From contig CAVWUU010000004.1 of the NCBI GenBank assembly GCA_963758295.1, forward strand, positions 192,001 to 256,000: a stretch of 64,000 nt of DNA. The letters are read 5' to 3'. Position 1 is the first letter of the stretch, and each line of letters begins with the position of its first letter. Shown piece after piece: positions 37,420-47,251 of this stretch. The translations under genes and the position numbers were made by a program. Origin of the DNA: Candidatus Eremiobacteria bacterium (lineage in GTDB: Bacteria; Vulcanimicrobiota; Vulcanimicrobiia; Vulcanimicrobiales; Vulcanimicrobiaceae). Under the pieces are notes generated by a model that was given only the letters and a program-made list of their open reading frames with translations, ran no database searches and was not told where the DNA came from.

Positions 37420-40215
37420 ATGAAGAGCGAAGCGGCCTTTCGGCTGCGATGGCGGGAGTCGCTCGGGCTCATCATCATGGTTTTATCCACGGTGGGCCTG
37501 GTTTTCGTCCTTCTGCAGTATGCACGTCTCAATAGCGAAACCGGATTAGACGCCGGCTCCATGGCGCGCGAGCGCATGGCGGTGTCTATGATCGGCCGCA
37601 TCGTCGACACGATGCAGTCGCTTTTCGCCTACCAACACGCGCTCGAACTGGAAGATCTTCCAAACGTTCCCAGGTTCCGCGCGGAAGCGGACCACAAGCT
37701 GAGAACCGTTATCGAAGAGTTTCGCACGGGTGACGCGTCGTCGATAGCGCCGGAACGGCTCAATAAGGTCGCCGACGCGTGGAAGGCTGCGTACGCCGCC
37801 AAACCGGGACACGGCGCAGAAGTCCAATTGCGCAAGGTGATCGTGGCGCTTGAGTCTTCCGTCGGATCCATGGAAGATGCTTCCAACCTTACGTACGACC
37901 CTAGCTCGGACGCTCAGAATCTCGCGGACGCCGTCGTCGTCGAGTTGCCCTTTGCGACCGCCGCGATTGCACGCATCCGCACCATTTCAGATGAAGCAAT
38001 CCGCAGCGGCGACATCTCGTTTGCCGAACGCATCGCCGCTTCGAACAGCGCAAGCAGCTTGCGTAGCAACACCGATTTTTCGGCAACCGATTACATTCCG
38101 CTCGTTGCGCGGAATTTGTCACAAGCGATGCCCGAGCGCGCGGCACAGTTCTCGCAACTTCCGCGCATATCCGACAGCTTGTACGACCAGGCCAGCAACT
38201 TCGGAGACCTGATCTCGAGCAAAATCTTGTTGCTGCCGAAGCCGGCTATCGCACAAGCTCAGGTCGATGCCGCGGCAAACGCGCTCATGCAGTCGACGCT
38301 GAAGGGTTATAAAAAATTCAGCGCCGCCTTAGACGCAAGCTTGGTGCATCGCGGCGAAACGCAACGGCTGCGTACGCGTTACCTGTACCTTGCCTTCCTT
38401 TTCTCAGCCGCATTGTTCATCGGCATCATGATCGCCATCGCTCAACTGGTCGCCGTTCGCGACCGCCGGCTTCTAAAGGAAGCGCAACGAGAATCGGCGC
38501 GCCTCACTGCCGAGCTCGCTCGCCAGCACGCAGAAGAGGCATTGCGCCTTTCCGAAGCACAGTTCCGCGCCGTGTTCGATGGAGCCGCCGTCGGCATTGC
38601 GGTCGTCGATCGCAGCGGCCGGCTCGTAGACGGCAACGACGTCTTTCGTACGATGTTCGGCGACTCCATCGACGCCGCGCTCGACGGCCATGAAGACGAA
38701 CTTGCTCAGCTCTTGGCGGGCCAACGTGAAACCTTCGAGTTCGAGCAGCATTTGAGCTCGACCGTCGGGCAAGAAGTCTGGACCGACGTTACGGTTTCGA
38801 TAGTCAACGGTCCGCGCAACATGCCGCTTTACGCGATCTGCATGTTTCGCGATAAAACCGAGCTCAAGCATCGCGAGCGCCGCATGCTGCACGATCAGAC
38901 TCACGATCTATTGACCGGTCTCCCGAATCGCAAACTCTTCGAGGAGCGTCTGCGCAGCCGTTTTGCCGAGGCAGGCGCGCTCCTGGATTCGTTCTATGGC
39001 GTACTCTTCGTCGATCTCGCGCACTTCAAGGACATCAACGAAAGCCTCGGACACGCCGCCGGCGACTTGGTGCTTACGCAAGTCGCGCAACGGATGAAGG
39101 GCTGCATCGACTCGCGTGACGTGGTAGCGCGTCTGGGCGGTGATGAGTTCGCGATTTTGATTCAGTCGCTCGGCGATATTCTTCACGTCGAAGCAATGGC
39201 GCGGCGGGTGTTGAACGTGCTTTCCAAAGCGGTACCCATCGGGCCGAAATCTGTTTACCTTGGCGCGAACATCGGAATCGCAATCGGCTCATCGAGCTAC
39301 GAGCGAGCCGAAGACGTGATGCGCGATGCCGAAATCGCCATGCAGCACGCGAAGAGCAGCGGCGGTGCGCGCTATGCCGTGTTTGACTCGAAGATGCACG
39401 CGCGCGCGCAAAAGCGCCTGGAATTGGCGACCGATTTGCGTTTAGCGGTCGAGCGAAACGAGTTCCGGCTGCTGTATCAACCGATCGTCAGCATTCACGA
39501 TGGACGTCTGGTGGGATGCGAGGCATTGATCCGTTGGGATCATCCGGTCGACGGCGTGTTGAATCCGTCGGAATTCATTCCGCTCGCGGAGCAAACCGGG
39601 CTCGCTGCCCCGATCGGCCGCTTCGTCGTGTCGACCGCGGCAGCGCAGTTAGCGGCATGGCGCCGGTCGAGCGGTCGAGACATGGCCTTCGCGATGCACG
39701 TCAACGCCTCGGCCGCCGAGGTGATCGATCCCGATTTCGAACGGAATCTCGTGCAGATCGTTGAGCGCAACGGCCTGTCTCCGTCGGACTTTACCGTTGA
39801 AATTACGGAGAATGTCGTACTTGATGCGGGCACGCGCGCAAACCTCGTGCTCGAACGCATTCGCGAGCGGGGATTCAAGCTGTGCATCGACGACTTCGGA
39901 ACCGGCTATTCCTCGCTGCGATATCTGCAACAATTCAAAGTCGACTCGATTAAGATCGATCGGTCGTTCGTTTCCAGCGCGGGCGGAGAACTTGCGAGCG
40001 AGCCGATCGTCCGGACCTTGATGACCCTCGCCGAAGCCTTCGACGTTAAAGTTGTCGCGGAAGGCGTCGAAACGCCGCGCCAGCGTGACGTGTTGCGAAA
40101 CGCCGGCTGCCGGCTCGCACAAGGCTATTTGTACGCACGACCGCTCTCACCCGATGACATGCGCGCGTTCTACCCGGAGACGCTGGGCCGAACGGCGAAA
40201 TCGGCTTCCGCTTAA
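37420..40215 (+). CDS. Membrane-anchored sensor PAS-GGDEF-EAL protein
   Basis: Two TMs flanking a helical sensor (SNLTYDP motif), PAS, LGGDEF, EAL, DDFGTGYSS. Confidence 0.9.
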   Translation: MKSEAAFRLRWRESLGLIIMVLSTVGLVFVLLQYARLNSETGLDAGSMARERMAVSMIGRIVDTMQSLFAYQHALELEDLPNVPRFRAEADHKLRTVIEEFRTGDASSIAPERLNKVADAWKAAYAAKPGHGAEVQLRKVIVALESSVGSMEDASNLTYDPSSDAQNLADAVVVELPFATAAIARIRTISDEAIRSGDISFAERIAASNSASSLRSNTDFSATDYIPLVARNLSQAMPERAAQFSQLPRISDSLYDQASNFGDLISSKILLLPKPAIAQAQVDAAANALMQSTLKGYKKFSAALDASLVHRGETQRLRTRYLYLAFLFSAALFIGIMIAIAQLVAVRDRRLLKEAQRESARLTAELARQHAEEALRLSEAQFRAVFDGAAVGIAVVDRSGRLVDGNDVFRTMFGDSIDAALDGHEDELAQLLAGQRETFEFEQHLSSTVGQEVWTDVTVSIVNGPRNMPLYAICMFRDKTELKHRERRMLHDQTHDLLTGLPNRKLFEERLRSRFAEAGALLDSFYGVLFVDLAHFKDINESLGHAAGDLVLTQVAQRMKGCIDSRDVVARLGGDEFAILIQSLGDILHVEAMARRVLNVLSKAVPIGPKSVYLGANIGIAIGSSSYERAEDVMRDAEIAMQHAKSSGGARYAVFDSKMHARAQKRLELATDLRLAVERNEFRLLYQPIVSIHDGRLVGCEALIRWDHPVDGVLNPSEFIPLAEQTGLAAPIGRFVVSTAAAQLAAWRRSSGRDMAFAMHVNASAAEVIDPDFERNLVQIVERNGLSPSDFTVEITENVVLDAGTRANLVLERIRERGFKLCIDDFGTGYSSLRYLQQFKVDSIKIDRSFVSSAGGELASEPIVRTLMTLAEAFDVKVVAEGVETPRQRDVLRNAGCRLAQGYLYARPLSPDDMRAFYPETLGRTAKSASA

Positions 40216-40276
40216 CACTTGCGTCAGCAGGAGTGCAGACGGGAAGTGCGTATCCTGGTGCTGCCGGAAAAACGGC

Positions 40277-40306
40277 TTGCCAAACGGCGCATCGCAACGC
40301 TATAGT
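40277..40306 (+). promoter_or_regulatory. Sigma70-type promoter for the tRNA-Lys pair
   Basis: TTGCCA-N18-TATAGT. Confidence 0.55.
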
Positions 40307-40321
40307 ATGGCAGTTGCATGG

Positions 40322-40394
40322 GCGCCTTTAGCTCAGTCGGTAGAGCAGTAGACTTTTAATCTATTGGTCCCGGGTTCGAGTCCCGGAGGGCGCA
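40322..40394 (+). tRNA. tRNA-Lys(TTT)
   Basis: GTAGA-CT-TTT-AA-TCTAT anticodon arm, full cloverleaf. Confidence 0.95.
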
Positions 40395-40401
40395 AAGATC
40401 C

Positions 40402-40476
<75 letters not shown>

Positions 40477-40481
40477 AGTTC

Positions 40482-40518
40482 AACGAGACGGTTCCTCTGA
40501 ACCGTCTCGTTTATTATT
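40482..40518 (+). terminator. Intrinsic terminator after the tRNA-Lys pair
   Basis: aacgagacggttc-ctct-gaaccgtctcgtt perfect stem plus T-rich tail. Confidence 0.85.
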
Positions 40519-40644
40519 GTCGACACTACGTGTACTAGCGGGCAACCGGTCGCGATGCGACTGTTGTAGCTCTGGACGGCCGGGTTCTGCTATCGTAACC
40601 GTAACAGCTTTAGGGTTCCCGCTTATGAAGTAGGAGACGGCTAG

Positions 40645-43473
40645 ATGCACGTTCCGTTCGTTCGAAGAGGCGCGGTTGCTGCGATGGCGGCGATCGCGCT
40701 CTTTCTATCTACTAGTGCGCACGGCTTGGCTCAGGATGCCCCGGTGCCCCAACGCAACGCCGTGGTAAGCGGTACGGTCCAAGACAATTCGGGCTCTCCA
40801 ATTTCTGGGGCGTCGGTCGTTCTAAGAGGCGCTTCCGTTTATTCGATCGCGTCCGACTCAAAGGGGGCGTTTTCTTTCGCGAACGTGGCCCCGGGTCTCT
40901 ACACGCTCTCCGTTTCGCATTCGGGATACTCTCCGGCTCTCGAAAGCGACATCGTGGCATTGGCGGGGCAACTCCAGTCGATCTCGGTTCGATTGAGTCC
41001 CGCATCATTTTCGTCGCTGCAGACAATCGCAACGGTTCGCGCGACGGGCCGCGCTTCGATGAATACATCGGCTGCGTCGGTCAATGTCGTCTCATCGCAA
41101 GCGTTTGCGGATCAGGCGCAACCGCAAGTGACACGCGTGCTTAGCCAGGTTCCCGGGCTGCAGATTTCGTTTCCGTCGAATTCGAGTAACGGCGCTTCGC
41201 CAGGATCGATCACCATCCCGAACATTCGCGGGGCAACCTCGTACGAAACGGCATCTTTGATCGACGGGCATCCGATTTCCGTGGGACAGTACGGTGACAA
41301 CGTCACGACGTTCCTAAACACGTTTATGTTTTCCAACGTCGAAGTCATCAAAGGCCCTGGCGCAAACGCGCCGGTTGTGAATAACGCGATCGGCGGCACG
41401 ACGAACTTCCGGACGAAAAATCCGACGCTTACGCCGGAAGCGGAAGTTACGTTAGGCGTTGATAATCACGGCGGGACCCTTTCGAATCTTGGTTTTTCGA
41501 ACACCGTAGGCAAGCTCGGGTTCGTCGTCGACCTGGCTACGAACAATACGACCTCCGCATTGAACGGCCATCAGGTGTATTTCGATCCATCCTTCGGAAA
41601 TCTTAACGGCGGGACACTGTCGGGAAATTCCAGCCAGACCACGCTTCCGTTCACGCAAAGCTCCGTTACGACGCAATTCCCACTCCTTGCATGCTGCTAT
41701 GCGATCTCTGGGAGCTTGGATCAGGTCGCCGAATTGCTGAAGTTCCGGTATCAATTCTCACCCGTGACGCAGGCGACGTTGAGCTATCTTTCGGGCGTGT
41801 CGCAAGCCGATCAAAATGGCAATACTTCTGACTTTACGAACGGCCAATTCGTTCCGGGCAATCCGGCCTATTCCGGATCGTTGAAGCCCGGCCCGGTGCA
41901 GGTCGCGAGTATCTTCGCCGGCGCCCTCAACGGCGAGACTAACATCGAACCAATCTTTCAAGCTGAAGCATCGACCGCGCTGGGTAAAAACACCATTCTA
42001 GCGCGTTTTTACAACGCCTCGATTCTACGTTACCAATTCCAGGGGACGAACCTAAACGGTCTTGACTACAACTTCATAAAACTGTTCGGCGTCTCTTCCG
42101 GATCAGGAATTAACGCGACGTTCAATGGCGCGCCCGCAGCGGTTGGGTTCAGCGACTATTACGAAGAGCCCGAGTCCGACAAACTTTCCGGCGGGTCGTT
42201 TGAATTCCAGCATCCAATCGGTGAGAATCTTTTGAGTTTCTCGATCGATAGAACCGTCGCAAAAAGCGTCGACTACACGATTGGATCCAGTTCAGGACAG
42301 CCGTCGTATTCTTTCAATTTGCCGCCAGGCACGTGGCAGATGCTGACAACGTATAATTTGCGTGGCCACTACTACCTTACGCCACGGCTCGAAGTAACAT
42401 TGAGCAATTATCTGAACACATACATGAGTACCTATCCTACCGGGTGTCCGGCCGGCGGTTGCAATACGCAGGCGGCGGCAGCATTCGGTCAGGGAGTATC
42501 GTTTAGTACATCGCGTAATACACACGACGATCCACGGCTAGGCCTCGTATTTAGACCGAATCCGCGAGCGTCCATACGCTTCGCCATGGGGAGTTCTATT
42601 GCGCCCCCATTTCTGGGCCTGCTCAGTCAGATTGCATCTACACCGATGTACGATCCGACGAACCACGTCGCAACCGTGCAGGAAAGTAATGGGAACCTAA
42701 AACCGGAAACCGGCTTCGGCTACGATCTAGGCGCAGATATACGGCTTTGGGATGCCGATACTGTTTTTTCGGGCGACGTGTATCAGACCAACTTGTTCAA
42801 CAGGTTTTTTGCACAGACGATAAGTACCGGCGTTTGCGCAAATACGATCCAATGCCCCGGCGCGCCCGTCGGCACGCCGATCCTAAATCAAACTAACGGA
42901 AACATCAGTAATGCGCGCTTTCAAGGCATCGAGCTTACGCTGAAACGCGAGCCGCTTTTCGGCTTCGGGTTTAATTTATCAGGAGCGCTGCAACGGGGAT
43001 ATTACTATGATTTGCCGCCCGGCTTTTATTGCTCCGTTCCGTCACCGACCTGCACGCCGGATCAGAACTTGAACGTGATCTCCGGCGAAAACGTCAACGG
43101 TGTAGGAGTCGGCGTGGGTGGTCTTTCGTACAATGGGAACATGCGAATCCCGTACGCGCAAGGAAATGCCGAGTTCTCGTACACGTTACGAAACGGCGCC
43201 TATGCGTCGATCGGTGAAACCTATTACGGACACAACAACTCGTTGAACGAGCCGGCTTTCGGCATCGCGTATGCCACCCTACGCTATCCGGTCGCGCCGC
43301 GTTTGACGTTGCAGCTATCCGGCGACAACATTTTCAACGCCTACACCGGAATTTTGCCGATCTACGGCGGCGGCGTGCCTATCCCGCTCTATGGCGGTGG
43401 CAGCGCCGCAACCGTTGGAAACGTGCTCGGACCCGCGACTTACCGGCTCGTTCTTTCGACGAGGCTGCCGTAA
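40645..43473 (+). CDS. TonB-dependent outer-membrane receptor with N-terminal carboxypeptidase-regulatory-like domain
   Basis: Signal peptide, VSGTVQD..G.PISGA.V, plug (VPGL, IRG, LIDGHP, VEVIKGPGA, GG..NF), NLKPET, DNIFN; AGGAG SD. Confidence 0.88.
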   Translation: MHVPFVRRGAVAAMAAIALFLSTSAHGLAQDAPVPQRNAVVSGTVQDNSGSPISGASVVLRGASVYSIASDSKGAFSFANVAPGLYTLSVSHSGYSPALESDIVALAGQLQSISVRLSPASFSSLQTIATVRATGRASMNTSAASVNVVSSQAFADQAQPQVTRVLSQVPGLQISFPSNSSNGASPGSITIPNIRGATSYETASLIDGHPISVGQYGDNVTTFLNTFMFSNVEVIKGPGANAPVVNNAIGGTTNFRTKNPTLTPEAEVTLGVDNHGGTLSNLGFSNTVGKLGFVVDLATNNTTSALNGHQVYFDPSFGNLNGGTLSGNSSQTTLPFTQSSVTTQFPLLACCYAISGSLDQVAELLKFRYQFSPVTQATLSYLSGVSQADQNGNTSDFTNGQFVPGNPAYSGSLKPGPVQVASIFAGALNGETNIEPIFQAEASTALGKNTILARFYNASILRYQFQGTNLNGLDYNFIKLFGVSSGSGINATFNGAPAAVGFSDYYEEPESDKLSGGSFEFQHPIGENLLSFSIDRTVAKSVDYTIGSSSGQPSYSFNLPPGTWQMLTTYNLRGHYYLTPRLEVTLSNYLNTYMSTYPTGCPAGGCNTQAAAAFGQGVSFSTSRNTHDDPRLGLVFRPNPRASIRFAMGSSIAPPFLGLLSQIASTPMYDPTNHVATVQESNGNLKPETGFGYDLGADIRLWDADTVFSGDVYQTNLFNRFFAQTISTGVCANTIQCPGAPVGTPILNQTNGNISNARFQGIELTLKREPLFGFGFNLSGALQRGYYYDLPPGFYCSVPSPTCTPDQNLNVISGENVNGVGVGVGGLSYNGNMRIPYAQGNAEFSYTLRNGAYASIGETYYGHNNSLNEPAFGIAYATLRYPVAPRLTLQLSGDNIFNAYTGILPIYGGGVPIPLYGGGSAATVGNVLGPATYRLVLSTRLP

Positions 43474-43503
43474 GCCGCGATCGAGCGGAAATGGGCCGTG
43501 GCC

Positions 43504-43797
43504 TCAAACCGTTACGGGAGCTTCGTCGTGGTAGAAGTAGGGATCGAGGACGCTGACTTCCGTAACGGAGTCCACGGGAAGGCCGTTGGCTTCGGCTGAA
43601 GCGCGAATTGCCTCCTCGTTGGGTCCGTCGTAAATGCAGAACGTTTTCGACTTGTCGCTGGTAACGTACGAATGCACCCAAGTAACGCCGTTTTCACCGT
43701 TCTTGCCCACGACGTTGAGGCAGGCCGCAGCGCCTGCGGTAGTCGAGGGGATGTGCAAACCGCCGGAAAAGGTCCGTTCGACCATATATCTAGGCAT
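43504..43797 (-). CDS. DUF4242 (SCO4226-like) small protein
   Basis: MPRYMVERTF...WVHSYV..DKSKTFCIYDGPNEEAIR...GLPVDSVTEV; GGAGG SD. Confidence 0.82.
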   Translation of the reverse strand: MPRYMVERTFSGGLHIPSTTAGAAACLNVVGKNGENGVTWVHSYVTSDKSKTFCIYDGPNEEAIRASAEANGLPVDSVTEVSVLDPYFYHDEAPVTV

Positions 43798-43898
43798 GGA
43801 GACCTCCGGGTAAAGATGGTGCAGATATTGTATCGCGGACATGCAGCAGACGAGCAGGCTTCAAAGAATTCTCAGGAAGGCTTCGTAGAGTCGAACAA

Positions 43899-44843
43899 GT
43901 GCGCGGAGTAGTTACGCGATGCGGGGCGCTTTTTCTGGCGGGTGCATGCGCCGCAGGGACGCCCGCGCGTGCGCAGCTGGACCCCTACGCGATCTTCGCC
44001 CGCGCGCGGACATCCTTCGAAGCTCAGCAGTATCCGCCATATCTTAAATACGACGTGGCAGTGCACGTCATGGAGGGCGAAAAGCCGCGCACCGAACGAT
44101 ACGACAGCGCGTACAACGCGGTGACGAATGAGATCGTGGTCGATCCGGTAAGCGACTTCGAGCGCGCAAATCCGCCAAGCGGCCGCGGCGTAAACATTTC
44201 GATTCTGTTCCTTCCGGTGGGCAAACCGCAGGCCCCCGTGGATTTTCTCGGCGTGCCGGTGCTTTCGCCAACCTACTCGTTTGGAATCGCAAAGTTCATC
44301 CCGGCGACAATGCCGCATAAGCTCACGGACGCGGAGCTGGTTGCGCAAATACGCAAAGAGTTCCACGATCCGAATCCGCGTGCAACGCCCCTTGCAACTC
44401 CGGCGCCGTCGAAATTGCCCGAAATCGCCGACGTTACGGTCTACAAACGCGATTACGTCATAAAGCTCGCGGGCGAAGAAAACGTCAATGGACATCAGTG
44501 CTTTCATCTCGCGATGCAGCCGGCGAACGCGCGCGAAGGCGGAAAGTTCCGGCTGCGTGACGTGTGGGTCGACGAAAGAACCTACGCCACCGAACGCATC
44601 AACGAATCGATCAACTTCGTGAACGGGCCGGGAACGTCGGTTCCGTGGAGTATCGATTATGCCGATAGCAACGGCATGCACTACATTCGCGAAGAACGCG
44701 CGGATGCGCCGATGAGTTACCGCGGCATGACCTATACGCAAGCATCGATCGATTTCGAGAATGTCACTGTCGCGAGTTCCATGCCGCACCGGCTGGACAC
44801 GCCGTTGACCGACGATCTGATCATGGACGAACCCGTTTACTGA
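43899..44843 (+). CDS. Hypothetical exported protein, C-terminal half weakly LolA/RseB-like
   Basis: Signal peptide, PTP linker, FHLAMQP...RLRDVWVD..TY. Confidence 0.7.
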   Translation: MRGVVTRCGALFLAGACAAGTPARAQLDPYAIFARARTSFEAQQYPPYLKYDVAVHVMEGEKPRTERYDSAYNAVTNEIVVDPVSDFERANPPSGRGVNISILFLPVGKPQAPVDFLGVPVLSPTYSFGIAKFIPATMPHKLTDAELVAQIRKEFHDPNPRATPLATPAPSKLPEIADVTVYKRDYVIKLAGEENVNGHQCFHLAMQPANAREGGKFRLRDVWVDERTYATERINESINFVNGPGTSVPWSIDYADSNGMHYIREERADAPMSYRGMTYTQASIDFENVTVASSMPHRLDTPLTDDLIMDEPVY

Positions 44844-44894
44844 CGGACGGAAGGAAAAGCGCCGCAAGCGTCCTATTCTTGGGGGTCGCCGCCC

Positions 44895-44979
44895 GGGCAA
44901 GTGGCGGAACTGGCAGACGCGCTGGATTTAGGTTCCAGTGGGGCAACCCGTCAGAGTTCGAGTCTCTGCTTGCCCACCA
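44895..44979 (+). tRNA. tRNA-Leu(TAG)
   Basis: CTGGA-TT-TAG-GT-TCCAG, variable arm, CCA. Confidence 0.96.
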
Positions 44980-45060
44980 GCGAGAATGCCGCCTCGCCGG
45001 CGACTTATACGGTAGCTCCCGGGAGCGGGAAACCATATAACTGATAGAGTTTTTTGGTTT

Positions 45061-45135
45061 GCGGAAGTAGCTCAGTGGTAGAGCATCGCCTTGCCAAGGC
45101 GAGGGTCGCGAGTTCGAATCTCGTCTTCCGCTCCA
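45061..45135 (+). tRNA. tRNA-Gly(GCC)
   Basis: TCGCC-TT-GCC-AA-GGCGA, TCCA end. Confidence 0.96.
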
Positions 45136-45249
45136 TTTTGGGCTTTGGGCGACAAAGATGCATCTTTGAGGAGCCAAAGTCGTAGGGGCGCGGGCGCACG
45201 AGCGCCAAGCGCCTTATTCATTTTCCAGCATCACGAAAGAAAGCACGCC

Positions 45250-46542
45250 TTGACCACGTCGACGTTAACTCGCCTCGCCGCCACTCAAGTGGAGCTTGAA
45301 ATCCCGATTACCGCGCAAGAACTCGCCGCGGCCGAGGATCGCGCGTTCCGCAAGCTTGTGAAGAACGTCAAGCTGCCCGGCTTCCGCGCGGGCAAGGTGC
45401 CCCGGAAGGTTTTCGAGCAGGCCTATGGGTCGCACTCGATCGCGAGCCACGCGATGGAAGAGGTTGTCCCCGAGGTGTACACCAAGGCGATCCGCGAGCA
45501 CGACCTCGATCCGGTCGACCGGCCGAAGATGGAACTGCTTCCTGAAGAAGACGGCAAGCCGGCGCGCTTGAAGGCGACTGTCGAAGTCCGTCCCGAGATT
45601 CAATTGATCGACTATAAAGGTGTCGAGGTCGAGCGCGAGCCGGTCACCATTTCCGACGAAGATGTGGAGCGCAGCGTTCAAGCCTTGGCGAAAGAGCGCG
45701 CGACGCTGGCGCCAGTTGAACGCCCCGCCGAGCTCGGCGACGTGGTGACGATGGACTATGAAGGCAAGATCGACGGCGTCGCGTTCGAGGGCGGCACGGC
45801 CACCGGCCAGATGACCGAACTTGACGAGAGCCGCTTTATCCCGGGTTTTGCTGCAGGCATCGCGGGCATGACCGCCGGCGAGACCAAGGACGTCGAAGCG
45901 AAGTTTCCCGAGGATTACGCGCAGCCGGACCTCGCCGGAAAGACCGCCGTCTTCACGATCACCGTTCATGACGTAAAGGCGTTCGAATTGCCGGCAATTG
46001 ACGACGAATTTGCGAAGACCATTTCCGAAAACCAGACGCTGGAAGAGTTGCGTGGCGACATTCGCAAGCGTTTGGAAGCGATTGCCGAATCGCGCAGCCG
46101 CCGCGTCGTCGGCAACGTGGTCATGGAAAAACTCATCGCTTCGCACGATTTCCCGTTGCCGGAATCGATGGTCGAGCGCGAGCTAGAACACATGATGAAC
46201 GACGCGGCGTCTCAGGCGCAAAACGCGGGAGTCAACTTCGAAGATTCCTTGAAAGAAGCCGGAAAAACGGAAGGAGATCTCCGCACGGACTTTCGTGAAG
46301 ATGCGAAAACTCGCGTGAAAGGAACGCTTTTGATCGAGCAGATCGCTAAGACGGAAAACATTCAGGCCACGCCGGCCGACGTGTCGGAAGAGCTTGCAGC
46401 CCTTGCGCGCCAGTACGGCCAGCCGGTGGACCGGATTCGCAAAGCGCTCGGGAACAACGTCTTATCGTTGATGGACGGAATCGTGCGCAACAAGACGCTC
46501 GAGTTCCTCATCGATAACGCCAAGGTCGTAGACAAGCAATAA
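45250..46542 (+). CDS. tig: Trigger factor
   Basis: PGFRAGKVP ribosome-binding loop, FKBP domain (FEGG, FIPGF, FPEDY); TTG start inferred. Confidence 0.94.
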   Translation: MTTSTLTRLAATQVELEIPITAQELAAAEDRAFRKLVKNVKLPGFRAGKVPRKVFEQAYGSHSIASHAMEEVVPEVYTKAIREHDLDPVDRPKMELLPEEDGKPARLKATVEVRPEIQLIDYKGVEVEREPVTISDEDVERSVQALAKERATLAPVERPAELGDVVTMDYEGKIDGVAFEGGTATGQMTELDESRFIPGFAAGIAGMTAGETKDVEAKFPEDYAQPDLAGKTAVFTITVHDVKAFELPAIDDEFAKTISENQTLEELRGDIRKRLEAIAESRSRRVVGNVVMEKLIASHDFPLPESMVERELEHMMNDAASQAQNAGVNFEDSLKEAGKTEGDLRTDFREDAKTRVKGTLLIEQIAKTENIQATPADVSEELAALARQYGQPVDRIRKALGNNVLSLMDGIVRNKTLEFLIDNAKVVDKQ

Positions 46543-46619
46543 TCTCGAAGGCAACTTTTCTTCTCACTCCGTAGTTTAAGCGTCGAAAGAAACTACTTCA
46601 GGAAGGCAGCGCACGAAAT

Positions 46620-47228
46620 ATGGGGCATTTGGTACCAATGGTTGTCGAGCAGAGTGCGCGCGGCGAACGCGCGTACGACATCTACTCGCGCCTGTTAAAG
46701 GATCGCATCGTCTTCGTCGGCGGCGCGATCGACGACCATTTGGCAAATCTGGTAATCGCGCAGCTGCTCTTCCTTGAAAAGGAAGACCCGGACAAGGACA
46801 TCGACATGTACGTCAACTCGCCGGGCGGCAGCGTCACGGCCGGGCTCGCCATCTACGATGCCATGCGCTTCATCAAGCCGGACGTGGCCACCATCTGTAT
46901 GGGCATGGCAGCATCCATGGGCTCGGTCCTTTTAACGGGCGGAGCCGCAGGCAAGCGGTACTCCCTGCCGCATTCGAAGATTCTAATCCACCAACCGTGG
47001 GTATCCCAGATCGGGGGGCAAGCGACCGACGTTGAGATCGCGGCGCGAGACCTTATTGCCACCCGGCAGACCATTGCGAAAATCTACGAGGCGACCACGA
47101 AGAAGCCGATCGAGCAGATCCTCAAGGACATCGATCGCGACTACTACATGACCGCTGAAGAAGCCAAGGACTACGGGATTATCGATCACGTTATCGAAGA
47201 TCGCCAAGCCTTGTCGACGCCGGCTTAA
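46620..47228 (+). CDS. clpP: ATP-dependent Clp protease proteolytic subunit
   Basis: [26 protein letters not shown]. Confidence 0.97.
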   Translation: MGHLVPMVVEQSARGERAYDIYSRLLKDRIVFVGGAIDDHLANLVIAQLLFLEKEDPDKDIDMYVNSPGGSVTAGLAIYDAMRFIKPDVATICMGMAASMGSVLLTGGAAGKRYSLPHSKILIHQPWVSQIGGQATDVEIAARDLIATRQTIAKIYEATTKKPIEQILKDIDRDYYMTAEEAKDYGIIDHVIEDRQALSTPA

Positions 47229-47251
47229 GCCGAGAAGGACGCCCGTACTTC

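Noticed and set aside
40519..40644. Cobalamin or other riboswitch upstream of the TonB receptor
   Set aside because: No B12-box, TPP or other recognisable consensus
40477..44894. Integrative element or prophage at tRNA-Lys
   Set aside because: No integrase, phage genes or duplicated tRNA 3' end found by eye
45091..45249. N-terminal extensions in the track ORFs for tig (also icd, ALDH, fahA, cobS and the WbuB-like GT)
   Set aside because: They overlap tRNAs or upstream genes; downstream starts fit family N-termini and coupling overlaps
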